Shown in pieces: positions 14,374 through 26,176 of a stretch of DNA of 64,000 nucleotides. The translations under genes and the position numbers were made by a program. Every line of letters starts with the position of its first letter. Within the stretch, counting starts at the first letter, position 1. The notes beneath the pieces were generated by a model that worked only from the letters and a program-made list of their open reading frames with translations, searched no databases and was not told the DNA's origin. This DNA comes from Syncephalis fuscata S228 (Eukaryota; Fungi; Zoopagomycota), in assembly GCA_025786725.1 (NCBI GenBank), contig JAHLTZ010000022.1, positions 62,001 through 126,000 on the forward strand, in the 5' to 3' direction.

Positions 14374-15309
14374 GTTTACTTGAATAACAATAGTAGCGAT
14401 AACAAAATAGAATACTTGATCTATTCTATTGACGTAATGGTAACAAAAAGGCTGCTGTAATGATAGAAATAATAGTTGATTTCAGTAGCATTTTAGAATG
14501 ATTAATAAGTAACAGAAAATATTGGATTTGTAATCAACGACTGATTTATTTAATTACTTTAAGACAAATTAATTTAATCTGATCCGTAGAACGAAAAAAT
14601 ATTGAAGCAATAGCACAAATCTTGGCATATGATTAATATATTATACAAAAGTAATTAGTAGCTAATAAATAAAACATTTCTATTTACGCCTTGTGTATAC
14701 AAAATAATTGTTAGTTAGTAATCGGTATATCCATTGGTGCATAGCAAGTACCTAATTTGATATCTATGCATATAAATTTGTTTATTATATTCAAGTCAGT
14801 ATAACAAATGTAATAGTTGAGTAATGATAATAATATTAAATAGCAGGCTGATAATAAAATATTATTTATTAATTAAAATATTTTTATTTGCATCACGCTT
14901 TGTTTTTTGTAATGGCATTTGCCGCAGATTAAACACTCTTTAAAATGATATGTTTTCTTTTAGTAGCTGCTTCATTATTAATTTGTATTTGTTTAATAAA
15001 AACGTTTATTTTAACATTAACCACTAGCTCAATATTATTAATACTAATTATTACAGAGCATGTTCTTGTATTGTATTTTTTGAGTTGTATTTGCCACCAG
15101 TATATTGTTAAAAGTTTTTTAACAAATAAAAAACAATTGGCATTGCTAATAGTATTATTACAATTAACTTTTTTTTATCAGACATTTTCAACTTTTCAAA
15201 ATTTCCTAACTTTACTTTGACTCTTATATTTGAGGTCCTCAAAGCAAAATCGGTTTCAATTGAAGTTGATGCTGTTATGTACAAGAAACATAGCTATAGT
15301 GTTTTCATT

Positions 15310-15800
15310 TGGCTATTTTGAATTCACAAGGCCAACTATGGTTGCTGTTGGTCATGCGTAAAAAGATTGATTAAATATTAATAAAAGTTATTGATCGCAA
15401 TTCATATCGTTCCGCAGTTGTTATTGTTGTTACTACGTACAGTGTGGTTTTCTGCGTCTGAATGGTCTCTTCTATTTTCCAATCTTCTATTATAGCATTT
15501 TGGGCAGATTTACAATGTAAGATACTAATCTATGGCGACAAAAAGGTAGAGCGACTAGCGTTTCCAATGTTCACCATTCTCTTGAACATTCTTGATATCA
15601 ACTTGGTAGGCGCAATTTATTTACCGACCATTGATGAAGCAAGTGGCCTCCACCATATGCAATAATGATAGGCTGAGTATCTTTACTAGGAAGACCTTGT
15701 GGCGACAGTTGTAACCAGAATATACGGCATGCCGTTGAGGTTGCTTGAACAGGTGTTGATGTAAAATAAGAGAAACAAAGACTAGGAATTGAATAATGTT
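15310..15800 (-). mobile_element. Decayed Fanzor (eukaryotic TnpB) RuvC/Zn-finger C-terminal relic
   Basis: Across frameshifts and stops the minus strand reads PIIIAYGGGH/ASSMVGK*IAPTKL ... FVAID*YLTL*ICPKC ... HTV..NCGTI*/NCDQ...NI*SIFLRMTNSNHSWPCEF. This matches the order of the Fanzor motifs IAYG..F.SSMKG..APTK, IDEYxTSxxCxxC and CxxxWNRD..AxxNI. Confidence 0.65.
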
Positions 15801-17005
15801 TTTTATTGATGTTCAAATACGCATGCTATTTATATTGTTATATTCGGCATTATTATATAATATTAGCTGCTTACTCTGATAAATAATTATATTAAGCCTT
15901 ATAATAGTTGGCTTAGTTGGTGGTCGTGTACATGTAAGTATGTAGGAAGTTACAATGTAATTGTAAATATTTATTTGTGGAAACAACCAGAATTATAAAT
16001 TATAGCGACAATAATAAGCATTTAATTACTAAAACTCATTGGTTTAGTTTTATTTACATCTCCTGTTCTCTGCGCGTTATCTTGGTTTAGCGTTGCTGCT
16101 GTCCTGGTCGCATTAGCAACAGCCAATTTCTTGATAAATGCAGTCTAGCTTAGCATAGCTATAATGATGTGCTATGATTAAACCAGTAAGCCTTTAAACT
16201 GCCAACTATTTTTCCATTAATTTCTGCTTTGGCTTGTTTTTCTATATTCTATTTTGCTTAACTTGTCAGAATTGGTTTCAGAAATATGGGTAGCAGTTAG
16301 GCCTTGGATGATTACCAATTGATATGCAATTCATTGACATTATGCACTCAAAATTGCTGATATTTGGGTAGAACTTTCTGTTGTGTCTAATCTAGTGTCT
16401 GGATATTGTATTGCGTATAGTTTAGCCGATGCAATCTAGTTTACAGCAGAAGACTGGTGACGAAATGACATGTTGGAATGTTCCATTGCTCAAAATGGTG
16501 TGATGCATCATGCTACAAACAGTACTTATTGTATAGTCAATTTAGATGATTTGAATTAGCCGCCATTTGAATGATGGCAGTTGCACAACGTGTAGTATGA
16601 TATGCCTGAATGTGATGTATTTGTGAATTCAAAGCAATTACTACCCCATAACAACGGGCATAGTGTCGAATGAAATACATACATATACCAATCAATACAC
16701 TTTATAATTTAAGGAATTATAATTGGCTTATGTATGGCAGTAAAACCTGTATAAAATACCATTTTGATACAATAAACTTGTTTTTTGCGTCAATGTTGTG
16801 TGCTATTTTGTATGCATGCAGATATTGAGAACCGACTTGGTAGAAATGGCAGCAAATACGTCATTGTCGTTTTGCAAAGCCAAATAATATACTTGTTTTT
16901 ACCAAATGGTGTTAGACCGTGTAACAGAAAATACAGAACGATGTACATGTCTGTTACATATTTACTGCTCATTGGAATTTCCGTGTTATTTGTGTAAATG
17001 CCGAG

Positions 17006-17088
17006 CAGGTCGAAACCAAGACTAAGCAGGTTGAATTCAAGGCTGGTCAGGTTGAAGTAAAGACCATACAAGTCAAATTAAGGCTGGA
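17006..17088 (+). promoter_or_regulatory. Four 21-bp phased repeats upstream of micro-exon gene 1
   Basis: CAGGTCGAAACCAAGACTAAG / CAGGTTGAATTCAAGGCTGGT / CAGGTTGAAGTAAAGACCATA / CAAGTCAAATTAAGGCTGG start at 17006, 17027, 17048 and 17069. Related units occur at about 34385-34448 (-). Function is inferred. Confidence 0.45.
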
Positions 17089-17369
17089 AAACATTTCGTT
17101 ACGCCATGAATCTATTGGTACACACGTATCTCAAAGCATTATTTGGATTGCTTTATTGGTTCATACTACACATCAATGATGTATTTCGTATACTGCAGCA
17201 TACTGGCATCTCAGCATAGCCGTAAGTTTAAATAGCCCCCAAAATATACACAACCAACTGCAATATCATCACCACACTCTACTCTCTGCTAAACACGCAC
17301 TACTCTTCATTCTACCAACCACACTCTACGATCTCTTTTATTTGTTTGTCTTAACAAATCAACATCATC

Positions 17370-18320
17370 ATGAAGCTTTCCATTGCCGTCGTTTGCACCA
17401 TTGTCGCTGCGCTTGTGGCCGCTACAGCCATCGTGGATGCTAATCCAGTTCCAGTTTACCACGGTATGTTGCAATAACAATAGATATGCCATAGCATTAT
17501 GCTTACTAACAGCATTTTTAATTAATAATTATAATAGAATGTAAGCTCTATTGTGTATTAACTGACGATGCGCTAATTTTATACCATGCACCGCGTATAC
17601 CAATAACTTAATATTAATAGTATGTAAGTTATATTGTATATTAATTGAGCATTGACTTATTGTATATTATGTATTGTGTGTATCAATAACTTGATATTAA
17701 TAGGTGGTAAGTGATATTGCATATTAACTGGTTATACATTAACTGCTATTTATTGATTGTACTGCTTATTTAATGTTAATAGATCGTAAGTGATATGTAT
17801 ATTAACTGAATATAAATTAACTATACTATTCATTATTTGTATTAATTGTTTAATATTAATAGCACGTAAGTAGTGTTGCATATTAACTGACTACTATTAC
17901 TTATCGTACCAATTGTTTAATATCAATAGGCAGTAAGTTATATTGTGTATTAATTAACTATACATTAACTATACTATTCGTTGATTGTATCAATTGTTTA
18001 ATATTAATAGATCGTAAGTGATATTGTATATTAACTGAATATAAATTAACTATACTATTCATTGATTGTACCAATTGTTTAATATTAATAGCTTGTAAGT
18101 GATGTTGCATATTAATTGACTACTATTTACTGATTGTATCAATTGTTTAATATCAATAGGCAGTAAGTTATATTGTGTATTAATTAACTATACATTAACT
18201 ATACTATTTATTGATTGTATCAATTGTTTACTATTAATAGAACGTAAGCTGTATTGTGTATTGATGGCTTATATATTAATTATATGTCATGTAATATATT
18301 TATTTGTAAATACAGCATAG
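17370..18320 (+). CDS. Micro-exon gene 1: 42-aa secreted peptide MKLSIAVVCTIVAALVAATAIVDANPVPVYHELCDPRNPCKP
   Basis: Exon 1 is 17370-17463 (phase 1, GTATGT donor). 3-nt exons, each TAG|NNN|GTAAG: AAT 17538, TAT 17621, GTG 17704, ATC 17783, CAC 17863, GCA 17930, ATC 18011, CTT 18092, GCA 18160, AAC 18241. Last exon is CAG|CA TAG at 18316-18320. The splice product is in frame with no internal stop. Confidence 0.85.
17464..18315 (+). repeat. Tandem ~67-83 bp intron/3-nt-exon repeat array (11 introns)
   Basis: Unit consensus GTAAGT-NATATTGTATATTAAC...ATTAACTAT...ATTGATTGTAYCAATTGTTTAATATTAATAG + NNN. Confidence 0.92.
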
Positions 18321-19519
18321 TCGATGGTTTCAAGACATCAGCATTAGTAGTGCAATTGAACCACTATTCCAATACAATTTAGGTATATATTCGGTGAAAA
18401 GCAAGACCATTTGACAACTACGCCGTCCAGTCTATTTATATATCAAGTTTTGGCCAATTCTCCGGTTTATCCAGTCTTTAACCAATGAAATCCTTATTTT
18501 ATCAACGAGCTTGCATCTAGTTGTTTCTATTCAACTGTGCAAGCTTATAGTAATAAACTTATGGTTTCATCTTAACTATATACAATCAAATTGCTATATC
18601 TATAATCACGTTCTATTTACATCCAATAATTGACAACTATTAATCAAATAGTTAAATGAACAAAATGTCTATAATCGTATCGTCTAAGCTAATAGGCATA
18701 GATTGGTATGGACAGTAGCAAAGCTATTATTATCATATAGCCAAATAATAGTATTCTGAAATTAGAATAAAGACGCTTTTCTAATAAAACATGACAACAA
18801 AGCATAGAATATTATTAAACAAAATAAATAAGCAAATCAAATACATAAATAGTGATAGTGAGACTATACTGTATGCAATTGGCCAAGAGTAATGAACGAA
18901 ATAAATCAAAATCTATTAAAAATACAGCTAGCAGTAAACTTTTAAGTTTTGTTAATATAGTTTTTACAATTTACAATATCAATGATATAGATGGGCACAA
19001 GTATCTGTATACATGATAGATATGTACAGTCCAATAATAACGATAAATAAAAATTTAATAGCCAATGACACTCACCACTCAATTTATCTTCAATAACACG
19101 AATATTTAGTTTAAATGTGTGGCTATTATAGCTATTTAATCGCCAAATCACATTAAACAACCAATAGTGTGCTTAATATTGGCAAAAGGTTATTTTTATT
19201 TAGTTAATAAAATATCATAAGATTTAATACAAATCAAGTGGATTAAATGATCCGTCACAGCACCTTTTTAAGCTTCTTTAGCCATGTTCCATGACTTTTT
19301 TAAATTAGAACATTGAAGCAACTACTGCACCATTTAAGAATGAATGTTACAGGTAGATTGTTTTAGTTTATCAATGATAAATACCATGTTGACGGCTTTA
19401 TTTTGCATATTTTCACTCTTTTGATACACCAACCAATTGATTTGAGTTGCTCAGAATATATTAATTAAATTAAATCTTATAAACAATTAAAGTGACCGCT
19501 AATTATATTAGTCAATTGA

Positions 19520-21740
19520 ATAATGATATGTGGATTCAAGTTGCATTCATCGCCGGTTACATTTTTTGCCTGTAATTTGGCAACCCATTTTGTTGGTTCT
19601 ATTTAATAATTCATTAGTTAGTTAATTAGCTAGCCAACAATGGAGTAAACTATACTGCTTTTACCTACCCCAGTACTGCACTCGTGAACCATTAAGACCA
19701 ACTCGGCCAAGTAGATTTGGATAGTTAATATTTTCTTGTATATTATCATAGGGGGAATAGTCGCGAATAATCGCAAAATATGGCAGAATATTTGGATTTC
19801 CCCATTCGCTGTATTTCTCGACAGTCGCAGGAATGAATGGATTTATTATATATTTAAAACATCGACAAATGGCTCTAGATGCATAGATAATGGTTAGTAT
19901 AATGTTTTGTTTACCAATAACTGTCAATAGTTAGTTATACTTACAGTCGGCAATGGCCACATTAGCAATGTTTGGTTGTTGATTAATAGCGGCAACGATC
20001 AATAAACCGCCAGTACTGCCACTTTCAATGGCTAATAATTCTTTGCGTAAGTAGCCATCATTGAATAGTTTATTTGCCACAGCTATAAAGTTGTTAAATA
20101 TATTTATTGTCTAAGTTATTTCCCGTCACGATACCATGCATCGCCCAGTTCACCACCACCCCGCACATGTCCAATCGCATGTGCAAAGCTTTGATCCATT
20201 AATGACACAATCGGTGCGTCAAAAGCAGGATCAAGCAGCATGCCATAGGTGCCGTAACTTTGTAGCCACGCATAATTAGTACCATCTTTTTTTTAATTTA
20301 TCTCTTTAATAGGTAATGGGAATGGGAATCTTTATCGTGACTGCTTCATCATTGTATCCGCTATGATCGGTTGCATCTGCAAATATCTTTTCATTAATAT
20401 ACAACGATGCATTATAATTGATGATCTTTTCAGCGTAGAATTCCTCGTGTTTGCGCGTCGACATATCATAGCTATAGATTGTATAGAGCGTGGCGAGAGA
20501 CGATTATTCGCCATGAAGGATATTTGAATGGAACGATGATTAAGGTATCAGTGCATCTGCCTTGTACGAAGGCTGACCAAAGGATATATTGCACATTGCA
20601 GTATTGGCGTTCAATTGACCATTCTTATCAAGTCCAACAATTTTAATCTGTGGATTACCATTTTTACACAAAACTATTGCAATATATTGCTAGAAAACAG
20701 CATATCGACAATATCACCATTCAATATATCCAATAGCACTCTTGTTCACTGCTTAATATCATCTGATTTGTTAGTATTACAAACATAACAATCCGTTTCT
20801 TGAAGCAATTGACCATCAAACCCCATGTTGCTTTTAATAAAAAATTGATCGTTGATATGGTTGATCAAGTAAATGTGGTGATTCTCACGCTTACAAAATA
20901 GTGTTAATGTGTTGTTTGCACTATCAGCAGTAGTAAGGTATTGAGCTTTTAAACTTAGACTGCTTAAGGAAGCTATGAAAAAGTACTGCTTATTATCAAA
21001 TTTTTGCAATGAAACTAAATGTTTTTGTTTTTTTCTTCATAAACGATCGTATCACTTGCACTATTTGTGCCAATATAATGTCTTTTCACACTATAGACAC
21101 GATCAATTTCATCAGCAATAGTATAAAGAATACTTTTGCTATCTGAATTCGATACTATATTGTTTGTAGTATGTTTGATTTTATCTAGCAAAATATTGCT
21201 AGCAGCAAAATCTTTGAATTGAATTTTACATAGCTCTGAGCCAGTCATGTCGATGACAAAAGCAAGTATATTTGCATTTTCACTGATCTCAAATCTGCCG
21301 ATAAGAGAATAGCAGCTTTTGAATGTGTTAATATCCAAAACTAGTTCTTCAGTTGCATTTTAAACAATTAAACGTTTCAGTAGTAGGCCAATTGTTCTTT
21401 GTCCGTCGGATACTGCGATTAGTATTGATAATTGTTATGGGACTATACTATACCAATATTTGACCTTGTGCAGATTTGGACAATCCATCAAAAAGTTGCT
21501 TTTGTAGTAATTCTGTTTTGAACAGTATTTTGTTGGCATAATCATTTTCTGCATTAATATGCTTTGTAATCGTTGTGTTAATTCTACTATCGCTGCATAT
21601 CCAATTATATGGACCAGAAAAATTGGCATCATAGTAGTTATGGGCAAATGAATTTGGAACAAACGATGAGCACAATGCAGACTCATGGTGTGCATCTATT
21701 TTGTCTAGCACAAACAAAAGAATGCTATAATTTGCGCACA
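19520..21740 (-). pseudogene. Oligopeptidase B (S9A, PtrB-like) pseudogene
   Basis: DMTGSE; YGTYG; HVRGGGELG..W; ESGSTGGLLIVAA (degenerate GxSAGG); EWGNP; YSPYDNI; RVQYW/EPTKWVAKL. Many stops and frameshifts, far more than in neighbouring genes. Confidence 0.8.
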
Positions 21741-24700
21741 TAGATACATGCAATTGCTTATTTTTTTGTTGAGATTTGTGAATAAAGCAAACTATTTATA
21801 GCGGTTGTGTAATGATGACATTGTAGCAAGTAAAATTAATACTATTTGTGCCATTACCAAATAAGGTAATGTGCCAGTTTAGCCTGACGTCAGACTTTGT
21901 GGAAAAATAGTACTTCCGTATGAAAGGGCAGAAGGATGGAAAGGAGGGCAGTGCAGATAGTGATATCGCGACTGTGCTATTTCCATTAGAGGAATTATGT
22001 CATAAAAACTTTTTAGTTGAGTTGAGTTGTCATTTAACAGAAAATACAATGTTTGCTATCATTCTTTAGCACCCTTACTCTTTGTACTCGTGAAATTCAT
22101 GTTATAATGTAGAAAATAATAATAATAGAGCAATAAGCAGCATTGCAAACATTGAAAACAGTGCTAGTAGGTCACGTGTAGAAAATGCAATTGCATGTAA
22201 CAAAACTGACCATAAAGTGTTTTGTTTGTCACATTGATGCCGTAAATCATAGAGTGTCATTGAAAGATTTTTATCAATTGATTGATGCTGTCTAAAGATA
22301 CTTCTAGAATGACATATCATTATTATATTTAAATTTAATACACGTGTATTGCATTAATATATTCTAATGTTAATTGTTGAGATTATAAAACTTTACTCAA
22401 TCATAAATTTACGTGTATTTTTATATTGATTATAATAAATAATGGGTGCTATGGAAACAGTTATAACAATAGGAAGATAAAGGATATGATAAACAGATAA
22501 AATCTATTAGTTGGACAAAATAGTGCAACGTTTATATTAATACAAACTGTGACTCAGTGAATTAATTATGTGTAAAGTTCTGTATAGTAATATCAACATT
22601 TATCTGCTGTACTTTTATAATAGCCATATATGTTTTATGTATAATTGTATAATGATTAGCAAACAACTACAATGTTTGAATGTAAATATTATATGCCCGG
22701 TAAAAATAAACACTATTCTATAATACTGTTTAATTATTGTAATCATAACTTTTATCAAAATACTTTCTAATTAACATTGTGTTGTATATCAAGTGTGATG
22801 ATGTCAAGATTGATTAAGAACATTTATTGTTTGAAATGCAAATAACCAATTAATTTGAATAATAATTCCAAGACCCTATTTATTTTTGTTAACTAATATT
22901 CATAATCAGTTAATGAGATACAATAGATAATTACGTATTTAATACAACAATAAAAAACCATTTAAATAATTTGCTTATTATATGCATTTTGTTTCAGTTC
23001 AGTTGACAGTTTAGTAAATTAATTCAATAAAAATGAACAGTCCATTTTGAAAAAAAATCAACAAATAGCAAAGTTACAAAACAAGAAATTACCCATCAAA
23101 ATCATGCGGATACTTTTGTATTCAGTAATTATCACCCATAATAGTAATTACCATAACGTGTTTAATACAAACATACCATTAACCATAACGTGCTTAGAAG
23201 CATTATTTCGATTATGATTACATCTAATCTTGTATAGAGCACTGATTACACTTTGTTACACGGTAGTGGCAATAGCAGCAATAGTTATAATAGTAGTCTT
23301 TTAATTTTATTTATTTTATACTGGTATTTATAGTAACTAGGTAAAAAAATACAATAATTCGTTGATATACTGTCATAACTGCTGTTGTATTAATAATTTT
23401 ATTGTTATGCTTGTAAAACAGTATAGGCGAGAATGATACGCCTATAGGTAAAAAAAATAAACGGTGTAACCAAGATTTTTGCTTTATCAATATCGAGTTC
23501 ATTTGATTTGTCATTCATTATTTGACACTCACCTCTTGCCATTGTTACAAACGTGCATTCTCTAGTTACAATAGTGATACTTGGTAACAGGTAGCGATAA
23601 TAGCTGGCCTTGTTCTGCACTTACACCAGCTGCACTTTATTCTAGAAACTAGAATATCGTCTATATAGAACAATGGATTTTGCTGTAGTACAGCATGACA
23701 ATGATACAATGTATCACCAAGGATAAGACGCTAGCACGATCGTCGAGTTCATAGTCCATAGTCTAAAATATCGCCGCTCAATTAGTCAGATGAATCTAAA
23801 TGGACGATATTGTTTTGAATGACTATTTTTGTTGATAAATGGCACAAGTAATAAATGATCAATCACAAGACTATAATTTATTAGTATATTCCGTCAGCCA
23901 TCGGTAGTTATTATAAAACATTTGTTTCAACTGTATGACAATACCAATGGTACAATACTGATGCAATGTAGGATATACTGCAACTATAATAGAGTTCTTT
24001 ATAGAATCTATAACGAGGCCTTGATGCAGAGATAAAGATTAGATTAACAAAAGTGCTGAACAACAGTCTTTGCTAGTCATTCGTTTCACTGTTCCAATTC
24101 ATTTGTTCATAAACTAGATTTTGGCAAGGACGTAGTGGATTATTCAACTTTTGCACTTTTGACGCTGTTTCTATTAAAAGTTATTTATGTGATGTGTCGA
24201 TGACGTAATTGGTGCTCGGCATCCATCACTAAAACAATATTATTACTCTTATGCACTGCACTATTCTATTGGTCTCGTGAACAATAAATCATAGTAACAG
24301 ACTGTTATTAGAATACTGGTTTGAGCATTGACACAGATTGGATTACTTTTGACACAGCTAATGAACGAATGTTTTATGATTTGTCTGCCACTGCTATCTT
24401 TCCATCGCCGCTTCTTCATTTCCGCCTTACTCACCCAATACCATTTTAACGATTTTGACACAGCCTGGCTTAGTTGGATGCCGTGACTGTTAGGGTGCAA
24501 TAATGCTTGGCTATTTTTGCTCTTTGCAATTATTCAATCAATCCTCGCGTATCACTCGACCCACCGAGTTACCTTTTAACGGTCGAGTATTTACACGGGT
24601 AAGTTCCTTGTTCCTCATCATTGCCATCTTTGCTTATCGGCCCAGTGTGCCATGCGTGGTTGCTGTTAAACATCAGTCACACTGATGGGCACGCGCGACT

Positions 24701-26176
24701 GCACGCGCACAATCCCGTGTTGTTATGCTCTTTATTTGGACACTCTTTCGCTTATGACGTTACCACTATGGTCAATAGCAATACGCTACGCTTTAGGCCT
24801 AAGAATAGTTTCTCGGCTTTTACAAGCAAATGCGATACTTGTTTTGCACAGCGCTACAAATAAAGCGGCTAATCCGTTTCCTTTCCTTCCTCATCTTCCC
24901 TTTCCCCTAGGATCGCTAAAACGGGCATCTATCACCTATTCTTTCTAGCTCTATTTCCGTCAGCTATTCTGTCTGTCTGTCTGCCTGCCTGTTTTCCCGT
25001 TTACATTGTGCTCTTATCCGACACCAAATTGCTATTCCTTTTTAGCCTAACGATACTCCGCGTGTCGGGACTTTGACACATAAACTAGCCGCCACCATCA
25101 CTGTTGTTGCTCATTTACCCGTAACACCGTTTAAGTCTCCCACTTTGTTTTATGGATAAGATAACGACATTACCGCCGTTCTACTAAGCTTTTCCACTTT
25201 ACTGACCACGCCAACTTATCTGCCGTTTTCTCAAATCTACTTTCATTACACTTTCTTTTACACTTCCCTTGATCTTTCCAAACAATTGCTACAATACATA
25301 TTACAACTACGACAACAACGTATTACAGCTACAAAGATCGGTATTCCCATTCTCTGCTATCGTCACACCCACACATTCTCTATCATTTTACTCTTTCACA
25401 GAAGGAAAAGCGTGCTATATAACGTTTATACCCACGCTCGATTAAAGATATACAAGACAGCGTTCACTTATCGTTTCTTTTTATTACAACGATTTTCTTT
25501 TTCTATTGACACGCAGCATTTCAATTCACTGTGATTGTTCCGTTCAGGAGTTTATCCCGTTATTTGCTTGGCATTGTCCCTATTTACACCGTCGTTCTTT
25601 TCTCATTGCTTCAATTTAAAGCTCTACCCAACTCATCGACCATTTGTTAGCCTTGTACAAGTTTCTATTTTAGTACTGCTATTGGTGTTGCAACCGTTAT
25701 CGCACTATTAATTGTGTTTTACATAACCTGATTAAGTGCATATAATTGCGGTGCATTGATATCCACTTCAATCCGATAGCTTCCTTGTACCAAGTTGATA
25801 AGCAACACGCGGTTGTACATACACGCGTGCATACACACAATTTATTCTCTTAACTGTTGTGGTAAATATCATTATTACTGTTGCTGTGCTATTATTATTA
25901 TTATTACTATTGTTATTGAACTTGACGAGTCTGCTGAACCTTGGTATTTGCGATTGCCCAATATTTATTGAACGCATCGTTTTAGTTTTATTTTAATTTC
26001 GATTTACCAATATTGGTGTTTGATATTGTGTAGGTAACATTCATGCGTTGATATGCCAGATAAATGAATAGAGAACAAAAACGACGATACTAACGCTTTG
26101 TTGCTTTTGTATACCTTTTGGTGACTATGCCGATTAGATACGATATCGCTTCACTACCAAATCATTTGCACTGGCC

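Larger units (their letters stand above)
15857..19455 (+). repeat. Segmental duplication copy A (about 1.5 kb upstream region + micro-exon gene + about 1.1 kb downstream region)
   Basis: The flanks match the reverse complement of 29022-35583. The 3' flank and the distal 5' flank are nearly identical; the proximal 5' flank is more diverged. Confidence 0.93.

Noticed and set aside
16785-17071. Short ORFs 16785..16997, 16790..17071, 63572..63793 and 18942..19160 in the duplicated flanks
   Set aside because: The reading frames are not preserved between the duplicated copies and show no recognisable motifs.
22100-26100. Many short ORFs upstream of the phosphatase gene
   Set aside because: No motifs or coherent splice pattern; more likely a long promoter/5' UTR with introns.
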